Source: Lentisphaeria bacterium (lineage in GTDB: Bacteria; Verrucomicrobiota; Lentisphaeria; Victivallales; UBA1829). Taken from it: a DNA stretch of 35,171 bases. Location: contig JAGAEF010000335.1 in assembly GCA_017613255.1 (NCBI GenBank), forward strand, positions 1 through 35,171, in the 5' to 3' direction. Under the pieces are notes generated by a model that saw only the letters and a program-made list of their open reading frames with translations, was not told the origin of the DNA and searched no databases. The translations under genes were made by a program, and so were the position numbers. Shown here one piece after another: positions 1 to 9,098 of this stretch; position 1 is the stretch's first letter; each line of letters begins with the position of its first letter.

Positions 1-98
1 AATTCAAACTTGAAACCGCCGTGTACGGACCCGTACGCACGGTGGTGTGAGAGGTCGGGACTGGCGAGGCTATCCCTCAAAAGTCCCTCCTACTCGAT
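1..98 (+). mobile_element. 3' end (domains V and VI) of a group II intron, class IIC; the rest lies outside the window
   Basis: DV at 15-46: ACCGCCGTG-TACG-GACC-CGTA-CG-CACGGTGGT, with a short stem, CGC triad and CG bulge typical of IIC. DVI: GAGAGG (49-54) pairs with CCT-A-CTC (89-95), leaving a bulged A at 92, the seventh base from the end. GGGACT (57-62) pairs with AGTCCC (82-87). The element ends ...CTCGAT at 98. TGA at 11-13 is plausibly the RT/maturase stop codon. Confidence 0.93.
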
Positions 99-111
99 GT
101 CTGCGCTTTTT

Positions 112-915
112 TCAGAAGGAGCGCTTCGGGTAGCCCGCCTCCAGAAGGATTTCGGAAGCGTGCAGGAAATCCCTCTGCAAATGGGCCGGATCGTGGGCGT
201 CGGCATTGACGATGACGGGAATGCGTCTTTTGGCCGCCTCCCGGAGGATGGGGAGGGAGGGATACTGTTCATTGCACTCCTTGTGCCAGCCGGCGGTATT
301 GAGTTCCATGCCCATTCCCGTTTTCGCGACGTTGTCCAGAACTCTCAATGCATGGGGGAAATAGCGGACGTTGTCGATGAGCCCGAATTTTTTGGGGAGA
401 TCCAGATGCCCCAGAAAGGAAAACTCCTTCCGCAGGGCCGCCGCCTCCAGTTTTTCGTAGTATTTTTCGCAGATCTTTTCTTTCTCCTCTTCGGTGAGAT
501 TTTGCCAGTCCAGGATGCTGTGGTCGATGGGGAAGGTATCGGCATAATGGACGGACCCGATGAGATAATCCAGCGGGAGCGCGGCAAGCTTGGGAAGAAG
601 ACAGTCCGCGTTTTCGAAGAAGAAATCCACTTCCAGACCGATCTTCAGCGAGAAGGAATCATCCTCCAGCTGCTCTCGCAGTTTCAGGAGGGTTTTCCTG
701 TAGTCGTTCAGTCTGGAAAGCTCCATGCTCCAGACTTCCGAACCGTAGCCTTTCCCCGGGGCGGCCACATAGTGGTCGGAAAGCCCCAGAACTCTTATCC
801 CCGCTTCCTTGCCTTTTCTGCACACCTCTTCCAGCTCGGCGCTTCCGTCGCTCCAGCAGCTGTGATTGTGAAGAGAAACACTTAAATCCGGTCCCGGATA
901 GGAAAATTGCAGCAT
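112..915 (-). CDS. PHP-domain phosphatase, histidinol-phosphatase HisJ/HisK family
   Basis: Motifs LHNH..SDG, GLSDH, DYLIGSVH, GHLDLPK, ELNTAG, YPS, NADAH. Start moved to ATG 915, which follows an AAGGAG RBS. Confidence 0.85.
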   Translation of the reverse strand: MLQFSYPGPDLSVSLHNHSCWSDGSAELEEVCRKGKEAGIRVLGLSDHYVAAPGKGYGSEVWSMELSRLNDYRKTLLKLREQLEDDSFSLKIGLEVDFFFENADCLLPKLAALPLDYLIGSVHYADTFPIDHSILDWQNLTEEEKEKICEKYYEKLEAAALRKEFSFLGHLDLPKKFGLIDNVRYFPHALRVLDNVAKTGMGMELNTAGWHKECNEQYPSLPILREAAKRRIPVIVNADAHDPAHLQRDFLHASEILLEAGYPKRSF

Positions 916-919
916 TTTT

Positions 920-1711
920 TTACTCCTTGTCGGTTTCGTTGACGGATCGTTCCGGGGACGGAACAAATCTCTCCCTTTTCAGCAGTTCCTCCACCACCGC
1001 CGCCGTACAGCGGCAGGCAAAGGCCGCGGGCATATAGGAGATGGTCCCCGTATTGGAACGCTTGTTGGCGGAAAAACATTCCGTCACGGCGCTCCGGATG
1101 GTGTTTTCCGTGGAAAAGACCGCCTTGTAGCCTTTGAAATAATGTTCCTTCCTCAGCTGACGGCGAATGGAGGCGGCAAGGGGGCAGTTGTACGTTTTCC
1201 CGATGTCGGCTACCGTGATCCTGGAAGGATCCAGTCTCGCCCCGGACCCCATGCAGCTTACCAGAGGAATACGGTTTTTCAGACAGACTTTCGCCAGAAG
1301 CAGTTTGGGGGCGATCGTATCGATGGCGTCCAGCACGCAGTCGTATTTTTCCGCAAGCAGAAGCTGTACCATTTTCTCCTCTTTCAGGTACTCCCTGCAT
1401 ACGGTCAGCTTCAGTTCCGGGTGGATGTCCAGAAGTCTTTCCGCCATGACCTCCGCCTTGCTTCTGCCGACGGTGCTGGTCAATGCCGCGCACTGGCGGT
1501 TGCGGTTGGTCGCTTCCACCGTGTCTCCGTCGGCAATGGTCATTTTCCCGATCCCGGCGCGGCAGAGAAGTTCCGCGGCCAGTCCGCCTACTCCTCCCAG
1601 CCCGATGACCAGAACGGAACTCTTTCTCAGCTTTTCCGCTCTCTCCTTTCCCAGAAGAAGATCGGTCCTTGCCTGCCAATGTGTCTCGTTTTTTTCTTCG
1701 TTTTTTTCCAT
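920..1711 (-). CDS. tcdA: ThiF-family tRNA threonylcarbamoyladenosine dehydratase
   Basis: VIGLGGVGG, DGDTVEATNRNRQ, LDAIDT, SCMGSGARLDP, CPLAASIR, VFSTE, GTISYMPAAF. Confidence 0.88.
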   Translation of the reverse strand: MEKNEEKNETHWQARTDLLLGKERAEKLRKSSVLVIGLGGVGGLAAELLCRAGIGKMTIADGDTVEATNRNRQCAALTSTVGRSKAEVMAERLLDIHPELKLTVCREYLKEEKMVQLLLAEKYDCVLDAIDTIAPKLLLAKVCLKNRIPLVSCMGSGARLDPSRITVADIGKTYNCPLAASIRRQLRKEHYFKGYKAVFSTENTIRSAVTECFSANKRSNTGTISYMPAAFACRCTAAVVEELLKRERFVPSPERSVNETDKE

Positions 1712-1718
1712 ATTTTCC

Positions 1719-2387
1719 TCAAAGAGTATCCAGTTGGAAGAACGCTCCGAAAAGGGTCCGGACCCTTTTTTTCAGTTCTTCCCCGGGGATTTTGCAGGAT
1801 TTCGCCGCAAGAACAAAAAGTTCTTTCAGGTCCTCCTGCGCGTCGTCGGTTTCCAGAAGGAAAGGCAGCTCCCGCATTTGTGCGGCCCGTTCCGGCATTG
1901 TTCGGATCAGCGGAGGAGCAAGGGAGAGGGTGAAAGAGTGCCGCACAAGCTCCTGTGCAAGGGAGAAATTGCCCCGGAACGAGTGGATGAGCCACTTGCG
2001 TCCTTTCGCGGGAAAACGTTTCGCGCAATCGTAAAGGATGTCCCACGCCTTTACGCAATGGACGATGAGAGGCTTCTTCAACTCCTCCGCCAGCTCCGCC
2101 TGCCGCAGAAAAAGCGCCTTCTGCTTTTCCATTGCCACGGGAACGTTCTTATCCAGACCGCACTCGCCTATGGCGGAAAGGGAGGGGAAGCGTTGCACGC
2201 TTTTCCGGAGCAGCGCAAAACCATTTTCTTTCAGCGACTCCGCCGGATGGATCCCCAGAGAAAAGAGGTAATTTTTCCCCTCCGCAGGGAGTTTTTCCGT
2301 TTCAAAAGGAAGATTCACGCAGGCAAGAATTGACGGGTCTTCCGGCAGACAATGGGTATGGGCGTCGGTACAGGGGATTTCGTTCAT
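1719..2387 (-). CDS. TatD-family metal-dependent hydrolase/DNase
   Basis: DAHTH, LGIHP, IGECGLD, IVHC, IHS, LETD. True start taken as ATG 2387, in an ATGA overlap with the upstream stop. The N-terminal part of the 544-aa track ORF is spurious. Confidence 0.88.
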   Translation of the reverse strand: MNEIPCTDAHTHCLPEDPSILACVNLPFETEKLPAEGKNYLFSLGIHPAESLKENGFALLRKSVQRFPSLSAIGECGLDKNVPVAMEKQKALFLRQAELAEELKKPLIVHCVKAWDILYDCAKRFPAKGRKWLIHSFRGNFSLAQELVRHSFTLSLAPPLIRTMPERAAQMRELPFLLETDDAQEDLKELFVLAAKSCKIPGEELKKRVRTLFGAFFQLDTL

Positions 2388-3259
2388 GAGGACTTCTCCT
2401 CCTCCTCCCGTTTCGCAAGCCATCTTTCCTCCAGCGCGGCAAGGAGCCCGTCGGGAACGGCAAGATTTCCCGTGCCGATCCCCAGAGAGATTTCCGGAAT
2501 GTTTCCGCCGTGATAGTCGCTCCCCCCGGAGGGAAGAAGCGCAAACTCTTCCGCCAGAGACGAAACCATTTCGTGCTGGGCAGGCGTGAACTGGGAGTAA
2601 TAGGTCTCCACGCCGTCCAGTCCTTCCGGGACCAGCTGGGCAAGACACTTTTTCACGTGACTTCTTCCCCCGCCTCCGCCGTTCTGGCTTACCGGGTGGG
2701 CCCAGATGGCCAGCCCCCCCGCTTCGTGAACGGCCGCTATGGCCTCTCCGGGGGAGGACAGTTCCCGGGGGACATAGGCGCGCTTGCCCCGCTTGAGACA
2801 CTGTTCGAAAACCTCCCGGGAGGTCTTGAAATACCCTTTGCGGATCAGCGCCTGGGCGAAATGGGGCCGTCCCACGCTCTCCCCTTCCGCCTCCTCTTCC
2901 ACCTCCTCTTTCGTGAGGGAAAAACCCATGGCGTTGAGGCGGATGAGCATCTCTTCGTTGCGTTTGCTCCGGTTCTGCCGCATCTTCTCCAGAAAGGCGG
3001 CAAGCACAGGCGAATCGGGATCGATGAACAAGCCCACAATATGCAGTTCCCGGTTGTTCCCCCTGCTGGAAAGTTCCACGCCGGGGACGGTTTTCAGGGG
3101 GGCATTTTTCCCCGCCTCCAGAAATTCCGCAAGTCCGGAAACCGTGTCGTGATCGGTAAGCGCTATTCCGGAAAGGCCCGCCTTTACGGCGCGTTCCACC
3201 AGAAGGGCGGGAGAGTCCTTCCCGTCGGAGGCGGTGCTGTGGGTATGCAGATCGATCAT
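2384..3259 (-). CDS. PHP-domain metallophosphoesterase, TrpH/YciV (RNase AM-like) family
   Basis: MIDLHTHSTASDG, IALTDHDT, GVELS, LHIVG, GRPHFA, WAHP, SGGSDYHG. Confidence 0.9.
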   Translation of the reverse strand: MIDLHTHSTASDGKDSPALLVERAVKAGLSGIALTDHDTVSGLAEFLEAGKNAPLKTVPGVELSSRGNNRELHIVGLFIDPDSPVLAAFLEKMRQNRSKRNEEMLIRLNAMGFSLTKEEVEEEAEGESVGRPHFAQALIRKGYFKTSREVFEQCLKRGKRAYVPRELSSPGEAIAAVHEAGGLAIWAHPVSQNGGGGGRSHVKKCLAQLVPEGLDGVETYYSQFTPAQHEMVSSLAEEFALLPSGGSDYHGGNIPEISLGIGTGNLAVPDGLLAALEERWLAKREEEEKSS

Positions 3260-4878
3260 GGGGAATCCGTCCCGGAAGAGGAGGCTTCTCCGGAGAAGAG
3301 ACTTTCCCCGTTTTCATCCGGAGAGACTTCTGAGGACGCTTCTTCCAGCGCAAGGGGCGTATCCCCGGGGATGAGCCGGTCCGGGAGACGCTGCTCCTTG
3401 CTTTTCTTCACCCCCAGACGGACCAGCCTTTCCGCCGCCTTCACCACGCTTCTCGTCCCCTTGCCTTCCCCTTTCAGGCGGTTCACGGCCTTCCGGTAGG
3501 TGTCCATGGTCTTTTCCAGATCGTTTCCCACATCGTTGAGCTCCTTGTAGAAGGCGTAGAGCCGGTCCAGAAGCATGGTGGCCGTCTCCAGGATCTCCTT
3601 CTGGTTTCTCGTCTGCTCCTCTCTTGTCCACGCAATATGGATGAGCCGGAGAAGCGCGATGAGGTTGGTGGGGGAAATGATCATCACCTTTTTCCGGAAG
3701 GCCTCCTCCCACAGGGAGGGCGCTTCCGTCATGGCCAGCCGGAAAGGTCCTTCATTGGGGATGAACATGATGACGAAGTCGATGGTCTCCCTTTCGGCGA
3801 GGCGCAGATAGGAGCTGTAGTTCTTTTCCGAGAGCTCCTCCACGTGTTTGCGCACGCTCTGGATATGCCGTGCAAGGGCGTTTTTCCTTGCTTCTTCGGT
3901 TTCCGCGTTCATATAGTCCACATAGGCCGTGAGACTCACCTTGCTGTCCAGGATCAGGTCCTTGCCGTCGGGGTAGTGGATGATGACGTCCGGACGCATC
4001 TTCCGGTTCTGCTCGTTGACCACCGCGTTGCCCGCATTGTCCCGCAAGGTTTCCTGACACTCGTAATGGACCCCCTTGACCAGTCCGCTCCGGCTGAGAA
4101 GGTCCTCCAGCAGGAACTCTCCGAAATTGCCCTGGGTCTTCTGTTCCCCTTTCAGCGCCTTTGCCAGATTGTCCGCGTCCAGCCCGATCTTCCTTGTCTC
4201 TTCCGCCATCTTGGAAAGCTCCGTGCGGAGGGCCGAGTGCAGCTCCACCCCTTTTTCCCTGCTTTCTTCCACTTCCTTGCGGAAAAGGAGCATTTTTTCG
4301 TTGAGAGGGGCAAGGAGGTTTTCCCACTGTTCCTTGTTGGAGTTCTGCAGGGAGGAGGCGTTTTCCGCAAGGATCTTTTCCGAAAGACCCTTGAACTCCT
4401 CCTTGAGAAGTTCGGCGCGGCCCTGAAACCGTTTTTCCAGCTCTTCCTTTGCCTCCTCATAGGTCTTCTTCATGGTGTCCATGGCGGCGTGCAGGGCGTT
4501 TTTTTCCGCTTCGGAGGTCTTTTTCGTCTCCTCCAGAATGCGGGAAGCGCTTTCCCTTTCCATCTTGAGCTTTTCCTCCAGATTCCTTTCGGCAACGGCA
4601 AGTTCCTTTGCATGGGCGGAAAGCAGGGACTCCCGTTCATTACGGGCGTTGTTTTTCGCGTTCTCCAGCTCCTTTTCCGTCCTTGCCAGATCCAGTTCCC
4701 TGCCGTGGAGCGCTTCCTGAAGCTGTTTTTTCTCTTCCTCCAGTCCGTTGAAATCTTCCAGAGGACGCGTGGCGGAGAGAAGGGAAGCGTATTTCGATCT
4801 CATGTGGAAAAAGGCGGCCCCGAAAAGGACGGCGGCGCAGAGAAAGATTCCGGAAGCAATGCAGATGAAGGTAAACAC
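3256..4878 (-). CDS. rmuC: DNA recombination protein RmuC
   Basis: N-terminal hydrophobic anchor, long coiled coil, KTQGNFGE, RPDVIIHYP, LDSKVSL, DFVIMFIPNE, ISPTNL. GTG start after a CAGGAG RBS. Confidence 0.93.
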   Translation of the reverse strand: MFTFICIASGIFLCAAVLFGAAFFHMRSKYASLLSATRPLEDFNGLEEEKKQLQEALHGRELDLARTEKELENAKNNARNERESLLSAHAKELAVAERNLEEKLKMERESASRILEETKKTSEAEKNALHAAMDTMKKTYEEAKEELEKRFQGRAELLKEEFKGLSEKILAENASSLQNSNKEQWENLLAPLNEKMLLFRKEVEESREKGVELHSALRTELSKMAEETRKIGLDADNLAKALKGEQKTQGNFGEFLLEDLLSRSGLVKGVHYECQETLRDNAGNAVVNEQNRKMRPDVIIHYPDGKDLILDSKVSLTAYVDYMNAETEEARKNALARHIQSVRKHVEELSEKNYSSYLRLAERETIDFVIMFIPNEGPFRLAMTEAPSLWEEAFRKKVMIISPTNLIALLRLIHIAWTREEQTRNQKEILETATMLLDRLYAFYKELNDVGNDLEKTMDTYRKAVNRLKGEGKGTRSVVKAAERLVRLGVKKSKEQRLPDRLIPGDTPLALEEASSEVSPDENGESLFSGEASSSGTDSP

Positions 4879-4920
4879 TTTTTCTCCTGTTCTTTTTTTC
4901 CCGCGCCCGGCGGGAGAAAC

Positions 4921-6009
4921 CTATTTCAGCGGGAGCCCGTTTTCGTCCAGCTCCACGACTTTCCTGAGTTTTCCGGAAAGCTCCATAGCCTCCGCAAGGC
5001 CCTGCACCTTTGCCGCCGTGCGCAGATCCGCCGAAACTTTCGCCCCGTCCCGGACGGTGCGGACGAAGTCGTACATGATGTTTTCGCTGGCAAAGCTCAG
5101 CTGATGGAAATCGTACTTGACCTGCCTGGACTGGGCGAATTTTTCGTACTGGGAGGAAAAATCCGTGGCGGGATCCTCCGGGAAGGCCCCCCATTCGGAG
5201 GTGCGGAATCTGGGTTTCCCGTTGATCTGCAGATTGTAGGGCATGAGTTCCAGCCGGATGCTGTAGTTTTCGAAATGGAAGCGGTAGGAAAGTTCCGCGT
5301 AATGTACCATGCTGGAATAGTGGAACCTGCCCGTGCTCCCGGAGGAAAACTCCAGATTGGCGATAAGATCGTCTGGGCTGGGGTAGGGGCGGTCCACCAC
5401 CTTGGTTGTAATGGCGCTGACCCTTTTCACGTTCCCGCCCACCAGAAGCATCACATCCAGCATATGACAGCAGTGGAAGGGGATCTGGGAGACCTTCATG
5501 CGGAAGTTGTCCGGCGACTGCCACAAACAGTAGTTCATCTCCGTGGCTCCGTGATGGAACCAGTTGCAGTCCACGGAGAAGAGCCGCCCGCCCTCGTGGG
5601 ACCGGATATAGTCCAACGCCTCCAGCGAGGAGGGGAGATACCTGCGCATGAATCCCACCTGCACCGGGACGGAATATTTTTCCGCCAGAAGGGCAAGATC
5701 CAGGACCTCCTGTCCCGTGAAGGCCACGGGCTTTTCGATGAATATGGGTTTGCCTGCGGGAATGACGGTGCGCAGGACTTTGGCGTGATCCAGAGGGGAA
5801 AGACTGATGAGAAACGCGTCCACATCGGGAGCGGAAAGAAGTTCTTCTGCATTTCTGCATACGCTTCCGCCGTATTTCTTCACAAGCGCCGCGGCGGATT
5901 CCTCCCGGAGATCGAAGGCTCTCGAAACCGTGTAGAATTCGTCTTTCCAAAGGGAATCCAGAAGGGCCTGCGTCCTTCTGCCGCAGCCGTACAAACCAAG
6001 CCGGATCAT
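4921..6009 (-). CDS. Gfo/Idh/MocA-family NAD(P)-dependent oxidoreductase
   Basis: Rossmann start IRLGLYGCG, FIEKP, QVGFMRRY, HCCHMLD. Start at ATG 6009 after AGGAGG. Confidence 0.88.
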   Translation of the reverse strand: MIRLGLYGCGRRTQALLDSLWKDEFYTVSRAFDLREESAAALVKKYGGSVCRNAEELLSAPDVDAFLISLSPLDHAKVLRTVIPAGKPIFIEKPVAFTGQEVLDLALLAEKYSVPVQVGFMRRYLPSSLEALDYIRSHEGGRLFSVDCNWFHHGATEMNYCLWQSPDNFRMKVSQIPFHCCHMLDVMLLVGGNVKRVSAITTKVVDRPYPSPDDLIANLEFSSGSTGRFHYSSMVHYAELSYRFHFENYSIRLELMPYNLQINGKPRFRTSEWGAFPEDPATDFSSQYEKFAQSRQVKYDFHQLSFASENIMYDFVRTVRDGAKVSADLRTAAKVQGLAEAMELSGKLRKVVELDENGLPLK

Positions 6010-6085
6010 GATAGCCTCCTGTATATTGTGTTCCGTGACATGAGAAAAGTCCCGCCCGCCGGAAACGGACGGGCAAGCTGCAGTA

Positions 6086-6113
6086 AATATACCTCTTCCC
6101 CCTGCTTTTGCAA
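6086..6113 (-). promoter_or_regulatory. Candidate sigma70-type promoter for the 4921-6009 gene
   Basis: Minus strand cTTGCAA-N16-TATATT. Confidence 0.55.
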
Positions 6114-6122
6114 GGGGAAAAA

Positions 6123-9077
6123 TCACTTTTTCACGCTTTCCTTTTCTTCCTGCGTGATGAGCACGGAATCCACATAGATTTCGGAGTCTTTCTCCGGAAC
6201 GGCCTCCAATGCAAACTTGGTCACCTCATACGGGGGAAGTTTTGTCATAATGACGATCTCCTTCCAGTCGGCGTGATCGAAGGGATACTTGCCTATCGTG
6301 AGGCTTGCCCGATGCTTTCTGCGCTGATTTTTTCCCTTGCTTTCGTCATAGCAGTACCAGGCGGGAATGAAGACGCCTTTCCCTTTGGCCCGGATGCGGA
6401 TCTTCACAAAGGAAGCGTTCCTTCCCCAGTAGTCGTTGGTCAGGATCCCCTTGAGCTTCACATAGGCGTTTTTCGGGTCTTTGCCGTCCCGGATGAATTC
6501 CAGTTCCCCGCCCGGTCCTGCGGGATACCAGTAAGCGGGGAGGATGGAGTCCTTCACCTTCCAGCGGCCGTTTTTGTCCGTATATTTGCGGGTCCCCGCC
6601 TCGTTCAGCGTCCAGTTGGGGAAGGTGCGGGGGGTGATTTTTTCGTACCGGTCGTTGGATTTCCTTGCGGCAACGAAGTTCACCGCCTGAAACGCTTCGA
6701 CGCTGTGGGGTTTGCCCATGCTCCAGGTGGAGGATTCGTTTTCGGACGCGTTCTTCATCTTTCTTGCCCGCAGGACGTTGACCTTCCAGAACTGCCCGTC
6801 GAAGCACTTTTCCCCGATGGGGCCCGTGGGGATCTTCGCCTCCAGCACCCAGCGGTCCTTCAGGACTCTTGTCTTGACCTGGATCTGGGAATCCCATTTC
6901 ACATTGCTGTCCGCCCCCGGCTGGACAAATTGATCGAAGACCGTGCCCAGGGAGTTGACGATGATCTGATAAAAGTTCCTTCCCAGATCGGGATAGGAAA
7001 GAAAGATCTCCAGCGTGCTGTCGTTCCAAAGTTTCCCGTCCTTTTCCCGGATGGAGGCAAGCATTTCGCCCGGCTTGGGCTCCATGGCTTCTATGCCGAA
7101 ATAGATGGCGTCGGGTTCATGCACCACCCGGACCGCCGTGGGATATTTTGCGGGCTTTCCGTCATAGTCGATGGTCTTGAAGCCGGAAATGACGTCCGCA
7201 TTCTTCCAGTCGGCTTCATCCAGAACGCCGTCGATCCTGATCTCGTTTTTCTTCCGGTAGGAGCGGAACTCCCGGATGTTCTTCCGGTAGTTTTCCCGGT
7301 ATTTTTTCCAGGTGAGTTCGAAGATCTTTTTGTCCGTCTGCACGTGTTTGAGCGCCCGTTTGTCCGGATCGGTCTTTGCCGCCTTTTCCGCGGAATTGAG
7401 ACAGGCCAGAAGCCCGTCGTAGACCGCAGGGTGATCGATCCCCCGTCCCAGAAGGGCTTTGGACGCGTGTCCGTGGCCGTGACAGCCGGGAGTCTCCCGG
7501 TAGGCTTTGTTGAGCAGTTTGCGGTACTTCTGCATCCCGTTCTTCCAGGCCTTCCCGTAATAGAGGGAGCCGGACTCCTCATAGATGGCGTCCACGTCGG
7601 CATCCACGTCCCAGCACAGCTGGGAGAAGGCGTACAGGACCTGCCACTGGGCGTGCCACTCCAGACGGACCATGGGAAGATCGTCATACCGTTTGTGATA
7701 GGTCCCGTCCACGGGGGAGAGCTGCGGGCGCAGTCCCCGTATGCCCAGAACGTGATAGTAGTGCTTGATGTCGTGAAGATACACTTCGTCGATGGGAACG
7801 CACTGCCGTCCCATATCGTCGATCTGGGCGTAGGTGACCAGATTGTACCCGTGCTTTTGGGCAAGGCGCGCCCAGTCCTTGTGCTTGATGTAGTAGTCCT
7901 GACTGTTGACGACACAGTTTGGGTCGTCGATGAAATGGCGGTAGCAGAGCCGGTTGAAGGAAAGCTCCACGGTCTGAAGCCCCTTGTGGGGCAGGATGGA
8001 GGTGGGGGCCGCCTGATAGTTCTGATAGGCTATGGAGTTGATGAGGGCGCCGGGGATCGCTTTGAGAGTGCGGTCCACAAGCTGATTGATGAAGGTCCAG
8101 TACCTTGTGGTCATACCCTTGTCGTCGCGATCGATCTTTTTGCAGTTTTCGCACTCGCACCAGCCGGTGCCGTCGTTGTTGACGAGGCGGAAACGGCCGC
8201 CGGGGGTCTGCATGGTGTTTTTCCTGATCTCTTCGATGAGATGGTCCGACATGAGGCGGATGACATCCTCATTGCTGGTGCAGGGCTGATATTTATGCCC
8301 TTCCAGGAAGGTCCTTTTCCCGTCGATGAGGGGGAAGTATTCGGGGTGTTCCTTATAGAGGCGGTGCAGTTCGGCAAGATGATCCTTCCATTTCGTGATG
8401 TGTGCGCCGTACCCGGTAAGAAGATTGGAGAAGCAGTGCCCGCCGTCCTGAATGATGGCGCCCCGTTCCAGAAGCCCTTCCTTCAGGGCGGGGTTCAGGA
8501 TGACTTCGGCTATGTCGAAGATCCGGAGATTGTTCCGCACCATCCAGTCGAAGGAGCCCCATTTCCGGCTGTTGTTGTTGGCCGCCCCCCAGTTGATGTT
8601 GCGGAAGGTGAAGGAGGGATTGGAGACAAATTCGCCCGCGGGCATTTTGATATCCTTCTTCACCGTGAAATACTCCCCGTCGGGGAGGGGAGTGAGCCAG
8701 CGGATCCCACCGTATTTCTTCAGGATATAGTAGGCCCCGTAGAGAAAGGCGATGGGGTCCTTTCCGCTGATGACGACTTCCTTTTTGTTCGCATCGATCT
8801 TGAAGCCCTCTTCCTCCACCCTTTTGTCTTTGGTGAGTTCGAAGCGGACACTTACCTTTCCTTCTTCGGGTTTCTTTGCGATCTCGGGCGCCTTGCCGTC
8901 GGCGATCCTGGCAAGATACTTGGCGAATTCCTTTGCCGCGTGCTGTTCCACCTTTCCGGCGTTTTCTTTTACGAGGATGGTGCAGGCGGGCTTCCCGTCC
9001 TTCATGAAAAAGATCTCATCCTTTGCCGAAAGAAGGAAGGCTGCTCCCAGAAGGAGGAATACGAAAAGTTTTTTCAT
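6123..9077 (-). CDS. Secreted DUF4838-domain protein with a GH20/GH67-like N-terminal domain and a C-terminal CBM9-like domain
   Basis: Signal peptide MKKLFVFLLLGAAFLLSA. N-domain motifs AAKEFAKYL and EEGFKI..LYGAY..GGIRWL. DUF4838-like GHCF, HPEYFPLIDGKR, QPCTSN, NDGTGWCECENC, IAYQNY, LCWD. CBM9-like IRIDGVLDEADW, DSTLEIFL, WVLEAKIP, WKVNVLR. Confidence 0.78.
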   Translation of the reverse strand: MKKLFVFLLLGAAFLLSAKDEIFFMKDGKPACTILVKENAGKVEQHAAKEFAKYLARIADGKAPEIAKKPEEGKVSVRFELTKDKRVEEEGFKIDANKKEVVISGKDPIAFLYGAYYILKKYGGIRWLTPLPDGEYFTVKKDIKMPAGEFVSNPSFTFRNINWGAANNNSRKWGSFDWMVRNNLRIFDIAEVILNPALKEGLLERGAIIQDGGHCFSNLLTGYGAHITKWKDHLAELHRLYKEHPEYFPLIDGKRTFLEGHKYQPCTSNEDVIRLMSDHLIEEIRKNTMQTPGGRFRLVNNDGTGWCECENCKKIDRDDKGMTTRYWTFINQLVDRTLKAIPGALINSIAYQNYQAAPTSILPHKGLQTVELSFNRLCYRHFIDDPNCVVNSQDYYIKHKDWARLAQKHGYNLVTYAQIDDMGRQCVPIDEVYLHDIKHYYHVLGIRGLRPQLSPVDGTYHKRYDDLPMVRLEWHAQWQVLYAFSQLCWDVDADVDAIYEESGSLYYGKAWKNGMQKYRKLLNKAYRETPGCHGHGHASKALLGRGIDHPAVYDGLLACLNSAEKAAKTDPDKRALKHVQTDKKIFELTWKKYRENYRKNIREFRSYRKKNEIRIDGVLDEADWKNADVISGFKTIDYDGKPAKYPTAVRVVHEPDAIYFGIEAMEPKPGEMLASIREKDGKLWNDSTLEIFLSYPDLGRNFYQIIVNSLGTVFDQFVQPGADSNVKWDSQIQVKTRVLKDRWVLEAKIPTGPIGEKCFDGQFWKVNVLRARKMKNASENESSTWSMGKPHSVEAFQAVNFVAARKSNDRYEKITPRTFPNWTLNEAGTRKYTDKNGRWKVKDSILPAYWYPAGPGGELEFIRDGKDPKNAYVKLKGILTNDYWGRNASFVKIRIRAKGKGVFIPAWYCYDESKGKNQRRKHRASLTIGKYPFDHADWKEIVIMTKLPPYEVTKFALEAVPEKDSEIYVDSVLITQEEKESVKK

Positions 9078-9098
9078 CGTTTTTTCTCCGGTTGTCGT

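Noticed and set aside
10-885. 291-aa plus-strand ORF beginning MKPPCTDPYARWCERS
   Set aside because: The N-terminus is simply a translation of intron domain V, and the rest is antisense to the HisJ-family gene.
1719-3353. 544-aa TatD fusion protein
   Set aside because: The upstream part overlaps the PHP gene in another frame. TatD motifs begin at ATG 2387.
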